This document shows, piece by piece, positions 1-10,048 of a stretch of DNA of 64,000 nucleotides (positions are counted from its first letter, which is position 1; each line of letters begins with the position of its first letter). Location of the stretch: assembly GCA_964621305.1 (NCBI GenBank), contig CAZUOM010000001.1:229448-293447 (forward strand), written 5' to 3'. Source of the DNA: an uncultured Gammaproteobacteria bacterium (lineage in GTDB: Bacteria > Patescibacteriota > Microgenomatia > UBA10105 > UBA927). The notes under the pieces are model-generated. The model did no database searches. It had not been told where the DNA came from and worked only from the letters and a program-made list of their open reading frames with translations. The translations under genes were made by a program, and so were the position numbers.

Positions 1-214
1 GGTCGAACTCGACTTGACATCAAGCGCTGGCGTTCCGAGCGCCGCCTGAATGGTTGCGCCAAGATCTACAGCCGTCAAGACATCCAAAGACTGCCCAGAC
101 AGCTCTCCTTCATCTTTCAGCGCTTGTAACATGGCATTTGCATTGGTATTCCTGCTCATTGGAAAAAACCTCCTTTGATCGATTTCCTAACTTCGAAACT
201 CTGTCCGATCGTGT

Positions 215-1234
215 TCATACATCAATCGGATCGGTTGACTTGACGACGTGCATACCGGCTGCAGCGAATCTCTTCATCGCCGCTTCTGCTTCGTCGGTGT
301 AATCCACGACCCCGGGCACGACGACCGGAGACGAGCAATCGTCAAGCAGATACACTTTCTTGGCAAGCGACGGATCACGCGCCGCGATCTCGTCGAGCAG
401 GTCAGCAATCGTCCAGGCGTAGCAGTGCGATTTCGCTTGCCCGGCGATATACAGGCGATCAAAAGTGAGTAGTTTTTGCAGGAACCGTGTGTTTTTCTGA
501 CCGATCGGCTCACCGTGCGTACCAGTTTTGACTTCGGGCCCGAGGATCGAATAATTTTCGGTAAGTGGGTTCCCCCCTTTTACTTCAGGTCCGGTCTGGC
601 TGGAACGAGCGACAAGATGGAAGAATGCCGCTTCTTCGATCGTCGGAACAATCGCGTGACCGATTCCACCCAACACCGCATGGTAGGGCCAAATGTTCAG
701 AGCATACCGACCTTGCTTTGCCAGTTCCGTAACGTAGTGGAGCACATACGCCTCAAGCGCCGCAAGATTGGGTTTGTCCATGACATACGGGGTAACCGCG
801 GGATTCACCCGCCATTTCTTGTTCTTCACGTCATTGACAGTGATGACAGAAAACGGAGCGGGGTGCTCACCATTTTCGTTGATCCAATAGATTGCATGAA
901 AGATCTGCATCGCGGTGTGCGTGTCCATCGTCAAAAAGATCTGCGTAATGACACCGAGATTGCGGTAGATGAACTCTGTAAACCGCGCGCTGTCATCAAG
1001 TGCCCCTGTCCCGGATCGCCCGCCAACGTACAGCTCAAATCCGGGCAGACAGAACGTCATTTGCTGGTCGATACCCATGACCGCGATCCGAACCTTGTCA
1101 GAAGCCGCTGGCGTAAGAGCGTGTTTTCGTGCCCATTCTCTCCCGGCTGCTGAAATCTTTTCATACGGGACGCTTCGAACCTCACCCACGTTTGCCGGTT
1201 TGTAGTGTGGGGGAAGCGGAAGTTGTTTTGCCAT
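215..1234 (-). CDS. isochorismatase-family cysteine hydrolase
   Basis: 339-aa ORF. C-terminal 'YIAGQAKSHCYAWTIADLL' resembles the catalytic-Cys motif of isochorismatase/nicotinamidase-like hydrolases. No search run. Confidence 0.5.
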   Translation of the reverse strand: MAKQLPLPPHYKPANVGEVRSVPYEKISAAGREWARKHALTPAASDKVRIAVMGIDQQMTFCLPGFELYVGGRSGTGALDDSARFTEFIYRNLGVITQIFLTMDTHTAMQIFHAIYWINENGEHPAPFSVITVNDVKNKKWRVNPAVTPYVMDKPNLAALEAYVLHYVTELAKQGRYALNIWPYHAVLGGIGHAIVPTIEEAAFFHLVARSSQTGPEVKGGNPLTENYSILGPEVKTGTHGEPIGQKNTRFLQKLLTFDRLYIAGQAKSHCYAWTIADLLDEIAARDPSLAKKVYLLDDCSSPVVVPGVVDYTDEAEAAMKRFAAAGMHVVKSTDPIDV

Positions 1235-1283
1235 TTCGAAAATCCTCCGTAAAATTTTTTCTCATCGATCGTCATTGGAACTG

Positions 1284-3209
1284 TCAATTGATTTGCAGCA
1301 AGAACACCTCCTTTCGTTTAACGACATACAATCCATTAGGTCCGGGAAACAAATGCGACCCAGAATCTACCCATGGCTCGGTATCGGGAAATTCGCGCGT
1401 CTGGACGATTTGGCCGTTGGATAGTTCTACGCGAACAATTCCCTCATCTGTAGCGCAAAGGAGGAAATTGCCGATTGCGCATTTTCCACGGATCGTTCCA
1501 AGCCATGAATCGTCACCGTCTGGCATTTCAGCAGTCGCAAGAGTTGCTCCATCTCTGCTAATTACGGTGCAGCGGTTGATCGTTTTTGTTCCCTCGCGCA
1601 GACTCATGAAAAACCAGCAGAGGTCTTTGGAAAACACCGCCGTGGAGTCTATGAGTTGACCACGAATGGGCTGGATTTGCACTCGATCATTGATCCCCGG
1701 CCGCTCAGCGTCAAAAACAAACGCGACGCTGATGCCGCCGGCTTTGTAGAATCCAAATCCGAAGGTGGGACCAACCCAAAAAACCGTTTGCGCTTGTAAC
1801 ACCTCGCCCACCATCTCGGGTCCTAACTGACCATCCCGATAAAGGTGACCAGCAGAAACCCAGTATTTACGACGGGCATTGGCGTCAAACATAGGCAAGC
1901 TGCCATACGTATCAACAACTGTTTGCTCGGGTGTGGACTCATTGGGAGAAAACTCGAGGAGTCTTCCGCCCTTTGCAAGGAGAGTTTTTTCACCTTTCAG
2001 ACGAAATCGCACGAACGGATCTGGCTCAAACGATGCCACAACAGATCCACCTTCACGTTTCAATTTTCCGTCTTCATGGTACAGAATACGCAGTATCCCA
2101 TCCTGAAAAGCCGCATATACAATCGCCCCGTGGGTGCTAAAGATATTTTTCACGGTTACCTTCCCACGAACTTCTTTCTTCTCAACAGGCGCGGGCTTCG
2201 CACAACTGGGACAGATTGATCGCGCGTGCTCGGTCCCGCAATTGGTGCACTTGGTCCATCGAATCCTTTGAAGAATACCCAAAGGAAACTCGCCTCGCCA
2301 GTCCTTCTCAAATATTTCATGAAATTTTTGAAGGAGATCATCGGGAAGAATGCCCCAATGAGTGGCTGGCCTTGGATAAATCACGTTAGGGTGAAACACC
2401 GTAATTCGCCGCAATGGCCGTTCACCTTCAAGGACTCTCTGCGTTGGCTTCTTTGGTCGATAAACTCCGCCGTACGGCCCCACAAACAACAATGACTGGA
2501 ACAACATGACGGCATAAGCATACCAATCGGAGTTGGCATTATGCGGCTTAATGAGTTTAAGCGATGTCGCGCTATGGTCACAAAGCAGCGGATCTGCAAA
2601 CCGATCTGTATACATAGTACACAGGTATGGACCAAACTGTGAACTGTCTATGTCCACAAGCCACGCCCATGCTGTAGTACCAACGACGAGCACGTTGAGG
2701 TCGTTGTGATCGGCGATAATCACACCAGCTTTATGGACGCCGCACACAGTGGGATGATATCCGGTAAAGATTTCCATAACCATTTGGTTCGTGATACCGG
2801 CTTGCCGAAAATCTCGTGTTCCATAACGCATGAGCACTTCCGCGCCACTTAAGAATTTCATGGTGTATCCACGAACTTCACGACCAGTTTGGTCTGTGGC
2901 TAGATCAAGAGGCACAACGACATGTGACGGCAGACCTTTTGGAAGCTCACGAAGTTTACGTTGATGCGTTGCAATACGCTCTCGTGCCGCCTGTTGGTCA
3001 GCCGGTTGACCGTGAAAGTCAGGGTGATCCGGCGGCTTGAATATTTTGAGTGCTAGGTCAGATGCTATTTTATAAACATCCGCCTCGCCGCCGCTGCCGA
3101 TCGACTGGGTAGAATCAAGCGGAATCCGTTTCCCAGCCACATAGACACTGTTATACATCTTGTATTCCTTTCTTCGCTGGGATTTACTTCCGTTTCCGTC
3201 GACCGGCAA
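1284..3209 (-). CDS. atypical Ser/Thr protein kinase-like protein with C-terminal zinc ribbon and beta-propeller-like region
   Basis: Gly-loop 'IGSGGEADVYK', Lys 'ALKIF', catalytic-loop-like 'IIADHNDLNVLV' (RIO/Kdo-kinase style), 'LVDIDSS' (DFG-like). CxxC...CxxC 'CTNCGTEHARSICPSC'. Long beta-rich C-terminus. The true start may be an internal Met. Confidence 0.55.
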   Translation of the reverse strand: MPVDGNGSKSQRRKEYKMYNSVYVAGKRIPLDSTQSIGSGGEADVYKIASDLALKIFKPPDHPDFHGQPADQQAARERIATHQRKLRELPKGLPSHVVVPLDLATDQTGREVRGYTMKFLSGAEVLMRYGTRDFRQAGITNQMVMEIFTGYHPTVCGVHKAGVIIADHNDLNVLVVGTTAWAWLVDIDSSQFGPYLCTMYTDRFADPLLCDHSATSLKLIKPHNANSDWYAYAVMLFQSLLFVGPYGGVYRPKKPTQRVLEGERPLRRITVFHPNVIYPRPATHWGILPDDLLQKFHEIFEKDWRGEFPLGILQRIRWTKCTNCGTEHARSICPSCAKPAPVEKKEVRGKVTVKNIFSTHGAIVYAAFQDGILRILYHEDGKLKREGGSVVASFEPDPFVRFRLKGEKTLLAKGGRLLEFSPNESTPEQTVVDTYGSLPMFDANARRKYWVSAGHLYRDGQLGPEMVGEVLQAQTVFWVGPTFGFGFYKAGGISVAFVFDAERPGINDRVQIQPIRGQLIDSTAVFSKDLCWFFMSLREGTKTINRCTVISRDGATLATAEMPDGDDSWLGTIRGKCAIGNFLLCATDEGIVRVELSNGQIVQTREFPDTEPWVDSGSHLFPGPNGLYVVKRKEVFLLQIN

Positions 3210-4098
3210 TCAGAGTCGTATCGTCTCTAAGAATCGCAGCATACTTTGTTACGCGCTGCGCTCTGTAATCAATGCTCTGTGTCTCGCGACTCAAGAGATT
3301 GAGACGCATGGTCACAGCCGCTGGATTTTTGAAGTAGATATCTTCTGTCCAGAACTGAGATACCAACCCCACTTTTTGCTGTTGCCCGGGAACATTCTTA
3401 TCGACAGCTTTAAGCAAATAGTTCACGCCGTCACTGCCAATAAGAAAATTGACCAGTTGATCGGTTGCTATGATTTTTTGGATCCGAAATCGTAAGAGCG
3501 CCTGGTCAATCTTCACTTGTCCGGGCTCAAGTAATCCGTGTCCGAAATACGGCGGCTCATTGTCTGGAAACGGACCGATTTTCATGATATCGCTATTGAC
3601 GATCTCAATCCCGTCGCCGATGCTTACAAAAACCGAAATCTTCGGCGTTATAAGTACGCCGAGCACGGTAAAGAGGAAGTAGTCGAATACCACTTGAGTC
3701 AAACTACTGCCCATAGACCGGGCTAGTTCTCGAATTTTGGCAAGCGCATCTTGCCGGCAGCGCTCCCAAAACGCAGCTTGGGAAAAAACAGTCGAATTGG
3801 CATCCCTCGATAGAATCGCCAGAGCGTTCTCACCGATGATGGTCCCGATCACTGGTGCACCAAGAAGAGCGCCGACCTCGCTGAAATTTTTGCTAGTGCA
3901 ACCATCGGCTACAACGCCAATGATCACATTTTGATCGGAAAGAAGAAAGTGACCGTCCTGGTTATTAATACCCTTGAAGACGTGATCCCACCCGATCCGA
4001 CTCCCCATTGCAAACTCAAACTCACTTGACGGGTGACTGCCGAATGCGCGTGCGAATATCGATCTCATTGGACACTCCTTATGGTAAATTTTGCTCAA
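3184..4098 (-). CDS. PP2C-family Ser/Thr protein phosphatase
   Basis: 'GVVADGCTSKNFSEVGA' (DGxGG-like metal motif) and C-terminal 'LIGSDGV' typical of PPM/PP2C. Immediately upstream of the kinase on the same strand. Confidence 0.6.
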   Translation of the reverse strand: MSKIYHKECPMRSIFARAFGSHPSSEFEFAMGSRIGWDHVFKGINNQDGHFLLSDQNVIIGVVADGCTSKNFSEVGALLGAPVIGTIIGENALAILSRDANSTVFSQAAFWERCRQDALAKIRELARSMGSSLTQVVFDYFLFTVLGVLITPKISVFVSIGDGIEIVNSDIMKIGPFPDNEPPYFGHGLLEPGQVKIDQALLRFRIQKIIATDQLVNFLIGSDGVNYLLKAVDKNVPGQQQKVGLVSQFWTEDIYFKNPAAVTMRLNLLSRETQSIDYRAQRVTKYAAILRDDTTLIAGRRKRK

Positions 4099-4383
4099 CG
4101 CGGCTTTGTAGTAGCCACATTCAAACCTTCACAGAGGCGTAAAGGCATAAACGTGGCTACTACATTTTTACTCTCTTTACTTGTTAAAGAGCAAAACGTT
4201 TCGTGTCTCGGCTCTCCTTGGGGCGCGAAATACATTCTCTCCCGCGCCAACGAGAGGCGAGTCCACGAGATTATACACAACTTGGGCAGGTGAACAAAAC
4301 CTCAGGAAAAACCCATCCGGGCAGAAGGTGAGGCCTATAAGTATAACACGTTCATTCAAATTGTCCAGCGCCCGGCCAAAAAT

Positions 4384-5061
4384 TTACTTCTTCGGCTTGA
4401 TGCGCAGGAGGAGTTTGCGGGAGAGGTCGTCGTAGAAAACTTTCATTTTCGGTATCGGAAGCGATACCCGAAGGCTTGGCCACGACTCAATTTTTTCTAT
4501 TTGTGCTATGGAGTTAGCTAAAAAAAACTCTTCAAGTCCCGCGTCTTTTTGCTTAGCCAGGGAAAAAGCTTTGTCAAAGGTAATATTTGTTTTGGTCATA
4601 ATGATGTAAAAATCGATAAAGTCCTTTGGTTCAAGTCTTCCAAAGATAGTCAGTAGCTTGTTTGAAGCGATATTCTCAATTGCGTCAACGGCAACGTCGT
4701 CAATCGTAACAAGTTTCCCAAAATGAATCGGTTGATCAGCAACAATGTCAATTCGCTGTTCCCACCCTTCTCGTTGGTTTTGTAGATAAAGTTCGTTATA
4801 GTTATCTGTTCTTACCTTTGCAAAGATGGTAGCTTCAAGTTTGTCAGCTATGCTCTGCATGACAGCCTGCATTGACTTATAATCGTAGGGCTTGAGGGTA
4901 AAAAAATCCAAATCTTTACTCTCCCTATGAGCAAAATAAAACGCCGACAGTGCTGTACCACCGGTCAGAAAAAAATCTTTGCCAAATCCACTTCGAAAAA
5001 AAATCTCGAGGATTTGAATTTGATAAGAAGTGAGAATAGGGTTCTTATGAAGACGATACAT
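4384..5061 (-). CDS. nucleotidyltransferase AbiEii/AbiGii-family toxin (type IV TA)
   Basis: 'LTGGTALSAFYFAHRESKDLDFF' matches the DUF1814/AbiEii NTase motif (GGTAL...DLDF). Confidence 0.7.
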   Translation of the reverse strand: MYRLHKNPILTSYQIQILEIFFRSGFGKDFFLTGGTALSAFYFAHRESKDLDFFTLKPYDYKSMQAVMQSIADKLEATIFAKVRTDNYNELYLQNQREGWEQRIDIVADQPIHFGKLVTIDDVAVDAIENIASNKLLTIFGRLEPKDFIDFYIIMTKTNITFDKAFSLAKQKDAGLEEFFLANSIAQIEKIESWPSLRVSLPIPKMKVFYDDLSRKLLLRIKPKK

Positions 5062-5320
5062 GATACCCCCAAGCAGTTAATGCCCGCCGCCATGCTTCTT
5101 TTACCCCAGGGCGTAATTTGAGTTTCGCAAATCTGCTCGTAATGTCAGTCATTTTCACGTATCGCCAAACATCACGAAACCGTGCGCTGGTTAAAATCCG
5201 CGACATCATCCAAGTCCTTTCCGTCTCATTGTTTCCATGCAAAATCCGCCGTACATCAGCCTCAGTTAAATCATAGTCCCACAGAAAATATGGGCGCTTG
5301 CCCCTGGTTTTTTGCTTCAT
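5045..5320 (-). CDS. small hypothetical protein, possible cognate antitoxin of adjacent AbiEii
   Basis: 91-aa ORF overlapping the AbiEii start by 17 nt (operon position of an antitoxin). No recognisable wHTH, so this is assigned by position only. Confidence 0.3.
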   Translation of the reverse strand: MKQKTRGKRPYFLWDYDLTEADVRRILHGNNETERTWMMSRILTSARFRDVWRYVKMTDITSRFAKLKLRPGVKEAWRRALTAWGYHVSSS

Positions 5321-5592
5321 AACGGCATTGTATCACCAATTTCCTATGCGCCTCAACTCCGATACACCATAGTTGCTATTTTACCCATCTTTTGTTAAAC
5401 TAATCGCCTTTGCTCGTTGACAATTTCACCTGCTCTACCAAAAGTATTTGGCTGATGGAATAGTGAACGTACTATCCTTTATGTTCAGTTCACCATCAGT
5501 CAAACTCAAATCGTGGAGGTGAATAAAAGATAAACGAAAATTACCTATCGGTACAAAAATCCACACGTGCACGACTTTCCAAGGAGAAAATC

Positions 5593-6717
5593 ATGACGAA
5601 CAGATCGAACGGACTGAAATTCGCACTTAGTCTTTACAAGGCACTGCCGGAAAACGAAAACGTCTTTTTCTCACCTCTCAACATCCAGATGTGTCTTGCG
5701 AGGGCTGCCGTCGGCGCGCGGAACAACACCCGCCGGCAAATGGAAACCGTCATAGGTCTTACGGGCTTAACAGACGAGCAAATCGTCACATGGATCAAGG
5801 ACGCCTCTGACAGTCTCAACAGTGCCCGCGATGGCATCCTTACCACGGCAGCAAGAATCTACGCACAGGAAAGTTACCCGTTCATCAAGTCCTACATGGA
5901 TCTGATGGGACGAATTGCGGGTATCGAGGCGGTAGATTTTCGATCCGCATTTGAACGAGTACGCGCCGAAATCAACGGTTGGGTTGCAGGGGTTACTCAC
6001 AATCGGATCCTCAATCTACTCCCCGAAGGGTCGCTCGACGCGTTGACGCGGATGGTATTGGTGACAGCCATTTATTTCAAATACGATTGGCTGAGCAAGT
6101 TTACCGTCGCCAACACCAAGCCAGACACATTCCATGCAATCGCCGGAGACGTGACCGCGCCGATGATGCACCAAAGCGCGAAAGGCATTTTCTCTTATAC
6201 AGAAACCAAAACGTTCCAGGCCGTTGCACTGCCATACGTCGGCAGACGACTTTCTATGATCTGCCTTTTACCGAAAGGGGGCTTATCTGACTTTGAAAGA
6301 TTGCTTGACGATCAGCATCTTTCAGAGATACTGTGGCCGCTCCGTCCAGAACACGACCTTGAAGTACGGTTGTGGATGCCGAAATTTGAGATCGGTTGGG
6401 GTACTACGGATCTCACTCCAATGCTCAAATCGCTCGGTATGACCGACGCTTTCATTAGCATGGCTGACTTCAGCGGTATGGAGTCTAGCCGAGAACTCTA
6501 CATTGACGGCGTCTACCACAAGGCGTGGGGGAAAGTGGATGAAGAAGGATCGGAGATGGCCGCGGCGACTGCAACGGTTATGCGGTCACTAAGCATCACT
6601 CTCCCGCGCGAACCAGTCATTGTTCGTCTTGACCGCCCATACCTATACTTTGTCTATGATCACGACACAGAAACCATTCTTTTCATGGGCAGGCAAGCGA
6701 ATCCGACTCTGAAGTAA
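5593..6717 (+). CDS. serpin (serine protease inhibitor)
   Basis: N-terminal 'FFSPLNIQMCLA' and C-terminal 'RLDRPYLYFVYDHDTETILFMGRQANP' match serpin signatures (FxxDRPFLFxI...LFxG..xxP). Length is 374 aa. Confidence 0.85.
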   Translation: MTNRSNGLKFALSLYKALPENENVFFSPLNIQMCLARAAVGARNNTRRQMETVIGLTGLTDEQIVTWIKDASDSLNSARDGILTTAARIYAQESYPFIKSYMDLMGRIAGIEAVDFRSAFERVRAEINGWVAGVTHNRILNLLPEGSLDALTRMVLVTAIYFKYDWLSKFTVANTKPDTFHAIAGDVTAPMMHQSAKGIFSYTETKTFQAVALPYVGRRLSMICLLPKGGLSDFERLLDDQHLSEILWPLRPEHDLEVRLWMPKFEIGWGTTDLTPMLKSLGMTDAFISMADFSGMESSRELYIDGVYHKAWGKVDEEGSEMAAATATVMRSLSITLPREPVIVRLDRPYLYFVYDHDTETILFMGRQANPTLK

Positions 6718-6735
6718 AGAACGATGACACGCAGT

Positions 6736-6789
6736 GGCGAGGGTTTGGACCCGAATTTTTTGGGCAGGCCCTCGCTTTTTTTTGATGAA
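6736..6789. terminator. hairpin + T-run (rho-independent terminator-like) downstream of serpin
   Basis: gcgaggg...ccctcgc stem with inner ggacc/ggccc pairing, followed by T9. A near-identical element recurs at 9251..9292. Confidence 0.45.
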
Positions 6790-7003
6790 ATCTACCCTTT
6801 TCTTCCTACTGCCCAGTCGTTACGGACCACTACCCCAAAACGTCTTTCAAACTCCAATGTCGCAAGTTTAATTTAGGAGGCGTGTGAGGCAAACATTTTT
6901 TCCTTTTGCAACACCCTCCCAAAGACGACCATCTGGGCTGGTCCAGACAATTTGTCCGCCAACAGACATCCACTCGGCCCCGGCAGCATCATCGCCTGCC
7001 TTA

Positions 7004-8151
7004 TTATTTAGCTTCTTCTCTTTCAAAAAACGGGGTCAAGGTAAATCGGTATCCGCCTGCCCTTTTATATTCCTTATATTCTTCTAAAGCTTTTTTGTCC
7101 TGCGTTGGTACTTCATCTTTGTGTATATGGGAGAGAAGTATTGAATCGCTTTGCATTGTTTGCAAGCCGGACTGCCTATTAAAAAGCTCCACGACCTTCT
7201 TTTGAACGGCACGATATCTGCTAGGCAATGATTCCAGCCCCACCTCTTCTATCACGCGAAGGCCGACTAGCAGTGCATCATCCCGTTTGAACCATTTATT
7301 CCCAACTAATGAAGGAATTTCATTCCTGGCATAGGTAAATCCAATCCTTTTGCGAAATAACCCGTGAGGCTTACTTAATGAAAGAAAGACTACAGGAATA
7401 TTCTTATGATCAGCGTAAAATTTATACGGCTGCGTAGACCCAACATACGCTAGGTCCAAATATACAGAGTGTCCTTGTTCACAAAGTTTGCGAATAAAAT
7501 CATTGTCTATAATATTTCCATCTCTGGCTGAGGGATTTGAGATAAACCAAATTCCAGGTTCCGGTAATGTAAATGCTTTGTCTTGTTCTACTTCTTCAGT
7601 TCTAACTCCAACTGTTTTTGCATACTCACGGTAGCCTTCATATTCCCCGGACAAAGTATATATTCTATATAATCCCTTCCCCCAAGTTCGGCAATAGTAT
7701 GAAAAATTGCCTCACTAGATCCTGCTGTGGCATAGCGGTATTTAAAATCTCCGAGCCCCGGAACAGTGTTTTTATATTCTTCGACTATCTGCTCCATCAC
7801 AGGGGCGTGAAGTCCGTCAAGGTCTACTGTGCCGTCTGGCTTAGCAGGAAGTATTAACGGTGTTTTAAAACCCAGTTGGTCAACTATGTCCTGGGCTTCT
7901 CCCATAGAAGTTTGCGTCATAAATAACCTCCTGCCGGAGAGGGCAAGTTTTCCCTCTAGATAGTTAACGACATCCCAAACTTCGGGAAATGCGTAGGAGT
8001 ATACGGCCTTCATGGGTTGCAGCTCTTTACTCATGGTAAATATCCTGCGTCTTCCGTCCAATCTGTTGCAATATCTCCATTGAGGTGGAATATTAACTGG
8101 CGCATTTGTTCGGCTGGGTTGGAATCTTTTGTCAGTGAATTGGTCAAGCAA
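7004..8151 (-). pseudogene. PLP-dependent aminotransferase class-V-like enzyme, apparently frameshifted
   Basis: Two overlapping minus-strand ORFs in different frames (7588..8151 and 7004..7654). 'FKYRYATAGSSEAIFHTIAELGG' and 'SLSKPHGLF' resemble class V fold-type I PLP enzymes (Lys in SxHK-like motif). The frameshift is somewhere in 7588..7654. Confidence 0.4.
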
Positions 8152-8954
8152 ACATTTTGACCGTTAACCTCATAAATTGTTGCGCCGAAAGCATAACGGT
8201 TCTTTACCATACCCACGGAATTCAGGTACAAACTGATCTCAGTAAGTTGCTCAGCAGAAATCTCATGGCCCAGTACCCACTGCGAAACAGATAAATTTCG
8301 CGAGCGTTCAGGACGATTCACCGGTCGGGCTGTCAGCTCATCGGCACCGGTAGATTGAACAAATTCGATTAGGTGTTTGAACTTCTCCGCACTGTCGATA
8401 CCGCCGGCAAACATGATACACGAAAGCCTTACACCCAGGCCGTATTTGTGCAGACGAGACACGAGTGAACGAAGATCAATATAAGAGCGTTCGTAAGGAA
8501 TATACACCTCCTGATTTAACTTCGCATCGTATCCGACAAACGACACGATGTAGGTAGTCAAGCCCAGATGTTTCCACGCGGCAAGGTAAGGCTCATAGAA
8601 TTCTGGTTTTTGTTCTATCCGAATGCCATTGGACTGCAATTCCTTTTTCTGAAATCGAAAGCCGGTCTTTTTTTCAAAGGCCAAAGCGGTTGCCAGAAAA
8701 GCAGTCACGTGATCCGGAAACAAAGTAGGCTCCCCTTTTCCGGTGATCATGAAAGTGTTAGCATTACCGATAGCGGCGTACTCAAGTGCATTCCAAAATC
8801 GTTCCCAGACAATAGGAGGTTCCTTGATACCTAATTCATTGTTGGGTGTCATCTTAGAAATGCAGAACGGACAACGGGCGTTGCAGGCTTCAGTGCCTGC
8901 CAGAACACTAAGGGTCTGCACTTTTCCGATTGGTGGAGCCTCGATATTAGACAT
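8031..8954 (-). CDS. radical SAM domain protein
   Basis: 'CNARCPFC' = Cx3Cx2C radical-SAM cluster motif about 24 aa after Met-26. The ORF-track start (9029) is a TTG, so ATG at 8954 is preferred. 'GKGEPTLF' glycine-rich SAM motif. Confidence 0.6.
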   Translation of the reverse strand: MSNIEAPPIGKVQTLSVLAGTEACNARCPFCISKMTPNNELGIKEPPIVWERFWNALEYAAIGNANTFMITGKGEPTLFPDHVTAFLATALAFEKKTGFRFQKKELQSNGIRIEQKPEFYEPYLAAWKHLGLTTYIVSFVGYDAKLNQEVYIPYERSYIDLRSLVSRLHKYGLGVRLSCIMFAGGIDSAEKFKHLIEFVQSTGADELTARPVNRPERSRNLSVSQWVLGHEISAEQLTEISLYLNSVGMVKNRYAFGATIYEVNGQNVCLTNSLTKDSNPAEQMRQLIFHLNGDIATDWTEDAGYLP

Positions 8955-9118
8955 GCTGATGCTCGTTATTTGGGCCCAGTAGAATGACCTAAACGGCTTA
9001 GAGTGTATCACAAAAAAAAGAATCTTCAATCTACCGGCTTCTTGTAATTAGGCTTCTCTAACGAAAAGTGCCCCATCGTTGCTTTTTCCCAAAATTTATT
9101 ATCTCTTTGGCTTTATTT

Positions 9119-9247
9119 GCAGGAGGAGTTTGCGGGAGAGGTCGTCGTAGAAAACTTTCATTTTCGGTATCGGAAGCGATACCCGAAGGCTTGGCCGCGA
9201 CTCAATTTTTTCTATTTGTGCTATGGAGTTAGCTAAAAAAACTCCTC
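9119..9247. repeat. about 128-bp near-identical duplicate of the 3' coding end of AbiEii gene 4384..5061 (relic gene fragment)
   Basis: 9119..9247 matches 4404..4530 with only about 3 mismatches. It lacks the last 6 codons and the rest of the gene. Confidence 0.8.
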
Positions 9248-9250
9248 AAA

Positions 9251-9292
9251 GGTTTTGGGCCCGAATTTTTTGGGCAGGCCCTCGCTTTTTTT
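9251..9292. repeat. second copy of hairpin/T-run element seen at 6741..6789
   Basis: 'gg(g/t)tttgg(a/g)cccgaattttttgggcaggccctcgcttttttt' shared between 6741..6783 and 9251..9292. Confidence 0.6.
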
Positions 9293-9331
9293 GTGGCTTA
9301 CAGTTCGACGCCCATCCAACTTGAGCGTTCT

Positions 9332-10048
9332 TTATGTGTTCCGTTCAATTTCCGCGGAAATCGTCTCCTGAAAATTTGTGAGCTGCCTCCAGTGGCTTTT
9401 GGGGAGAAATCGCCTGAGCTCAGCCGCAACGGATGCGGCGGCCGGAATCTTCTGCCGGACTTCGGCAAGCAGGCGTTTCTCCGCAACCCCCAAGAGATTT
9501 GCTCTCAACAGAAAATAGAGATCATAGAAATCCCTGGGCTTGGCCCGGGTCGTCAGCGCGCGGATTTTCTCCTTCACCAAATGTTCTTTGTCCAACATGA
9601 CCACGGTATAGGCAGGGATAAAGTCGCTTACCACCGTGACAACTTCGCCCGTATCCCCCCTTGCCCGCCGGGAGAGCTCTACGACCAGTCCTACGGTTTC
9701 ATCCAAAAGTCGAAAACGAAGCTCCGCCAGATACCCTCCGCTGGTCTCTTTTGCCTCAACGATATCTCCGGTAACCCCCGCTCGTTCCATCTCCCGGATG
9801 GTTTCAATAAAGAGATCTTCGATCGTTTTCGTGCTCAGGGCCGTCGCGCTAAAATCCAGATCCTCCGAAAATCGCGGACTGCCGTAGACGATGCGAATGG
9901 CCGTACCCCCTTTGAAAAAGATACGGTTGGCCTGGGGAAAGGTGTAGAAGGAAGAAAGGAACAGGTGTTGCACGTATTCCCGACGTACGTTTAACGCAGT
10001 GGTCTGATAGGCGCGCGCGAGCGATACGATGCGATCTTGGGAAATCAT
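9332..10048 (-). CDS. nucleotidyltransferase AbiEii-family toxin
   Basis: 'FFKGGTAIRIVYGSPRFSEDLDF' NTase motif (DUF1814). Confidence 0.7.
   Translation of the reverse strand: MISQDRIVSLARAYQTTALNVRREYVQHLFLSSFYTFPQANRIFFKGGTAIRIVYGSPRFSEDLDFSATALSTKTIEDLFIETIREMERAGVTGDIVEAKETSGGYLAELRFRLLDETVGLVVELSRRARGDTGEVVTVVSDFIPAYTVVMLDKEHLVKEKIRALTTRAKPRDFYDLYFLLRANLLGVAEKRLLAEVRQKIPAAASVAAELRRFLPKSHWRQLTNFQETISAEIERNT

Noticed and set aside
248-1205. Plus-strand ORFs (476..1153, 969..1205 etc.) antisense to the isochorismatase-like gene
   Set aside because: Antisense shadows of a motif-bearing minus-strand gene with Arg/Ser-rich low-complexity translations.
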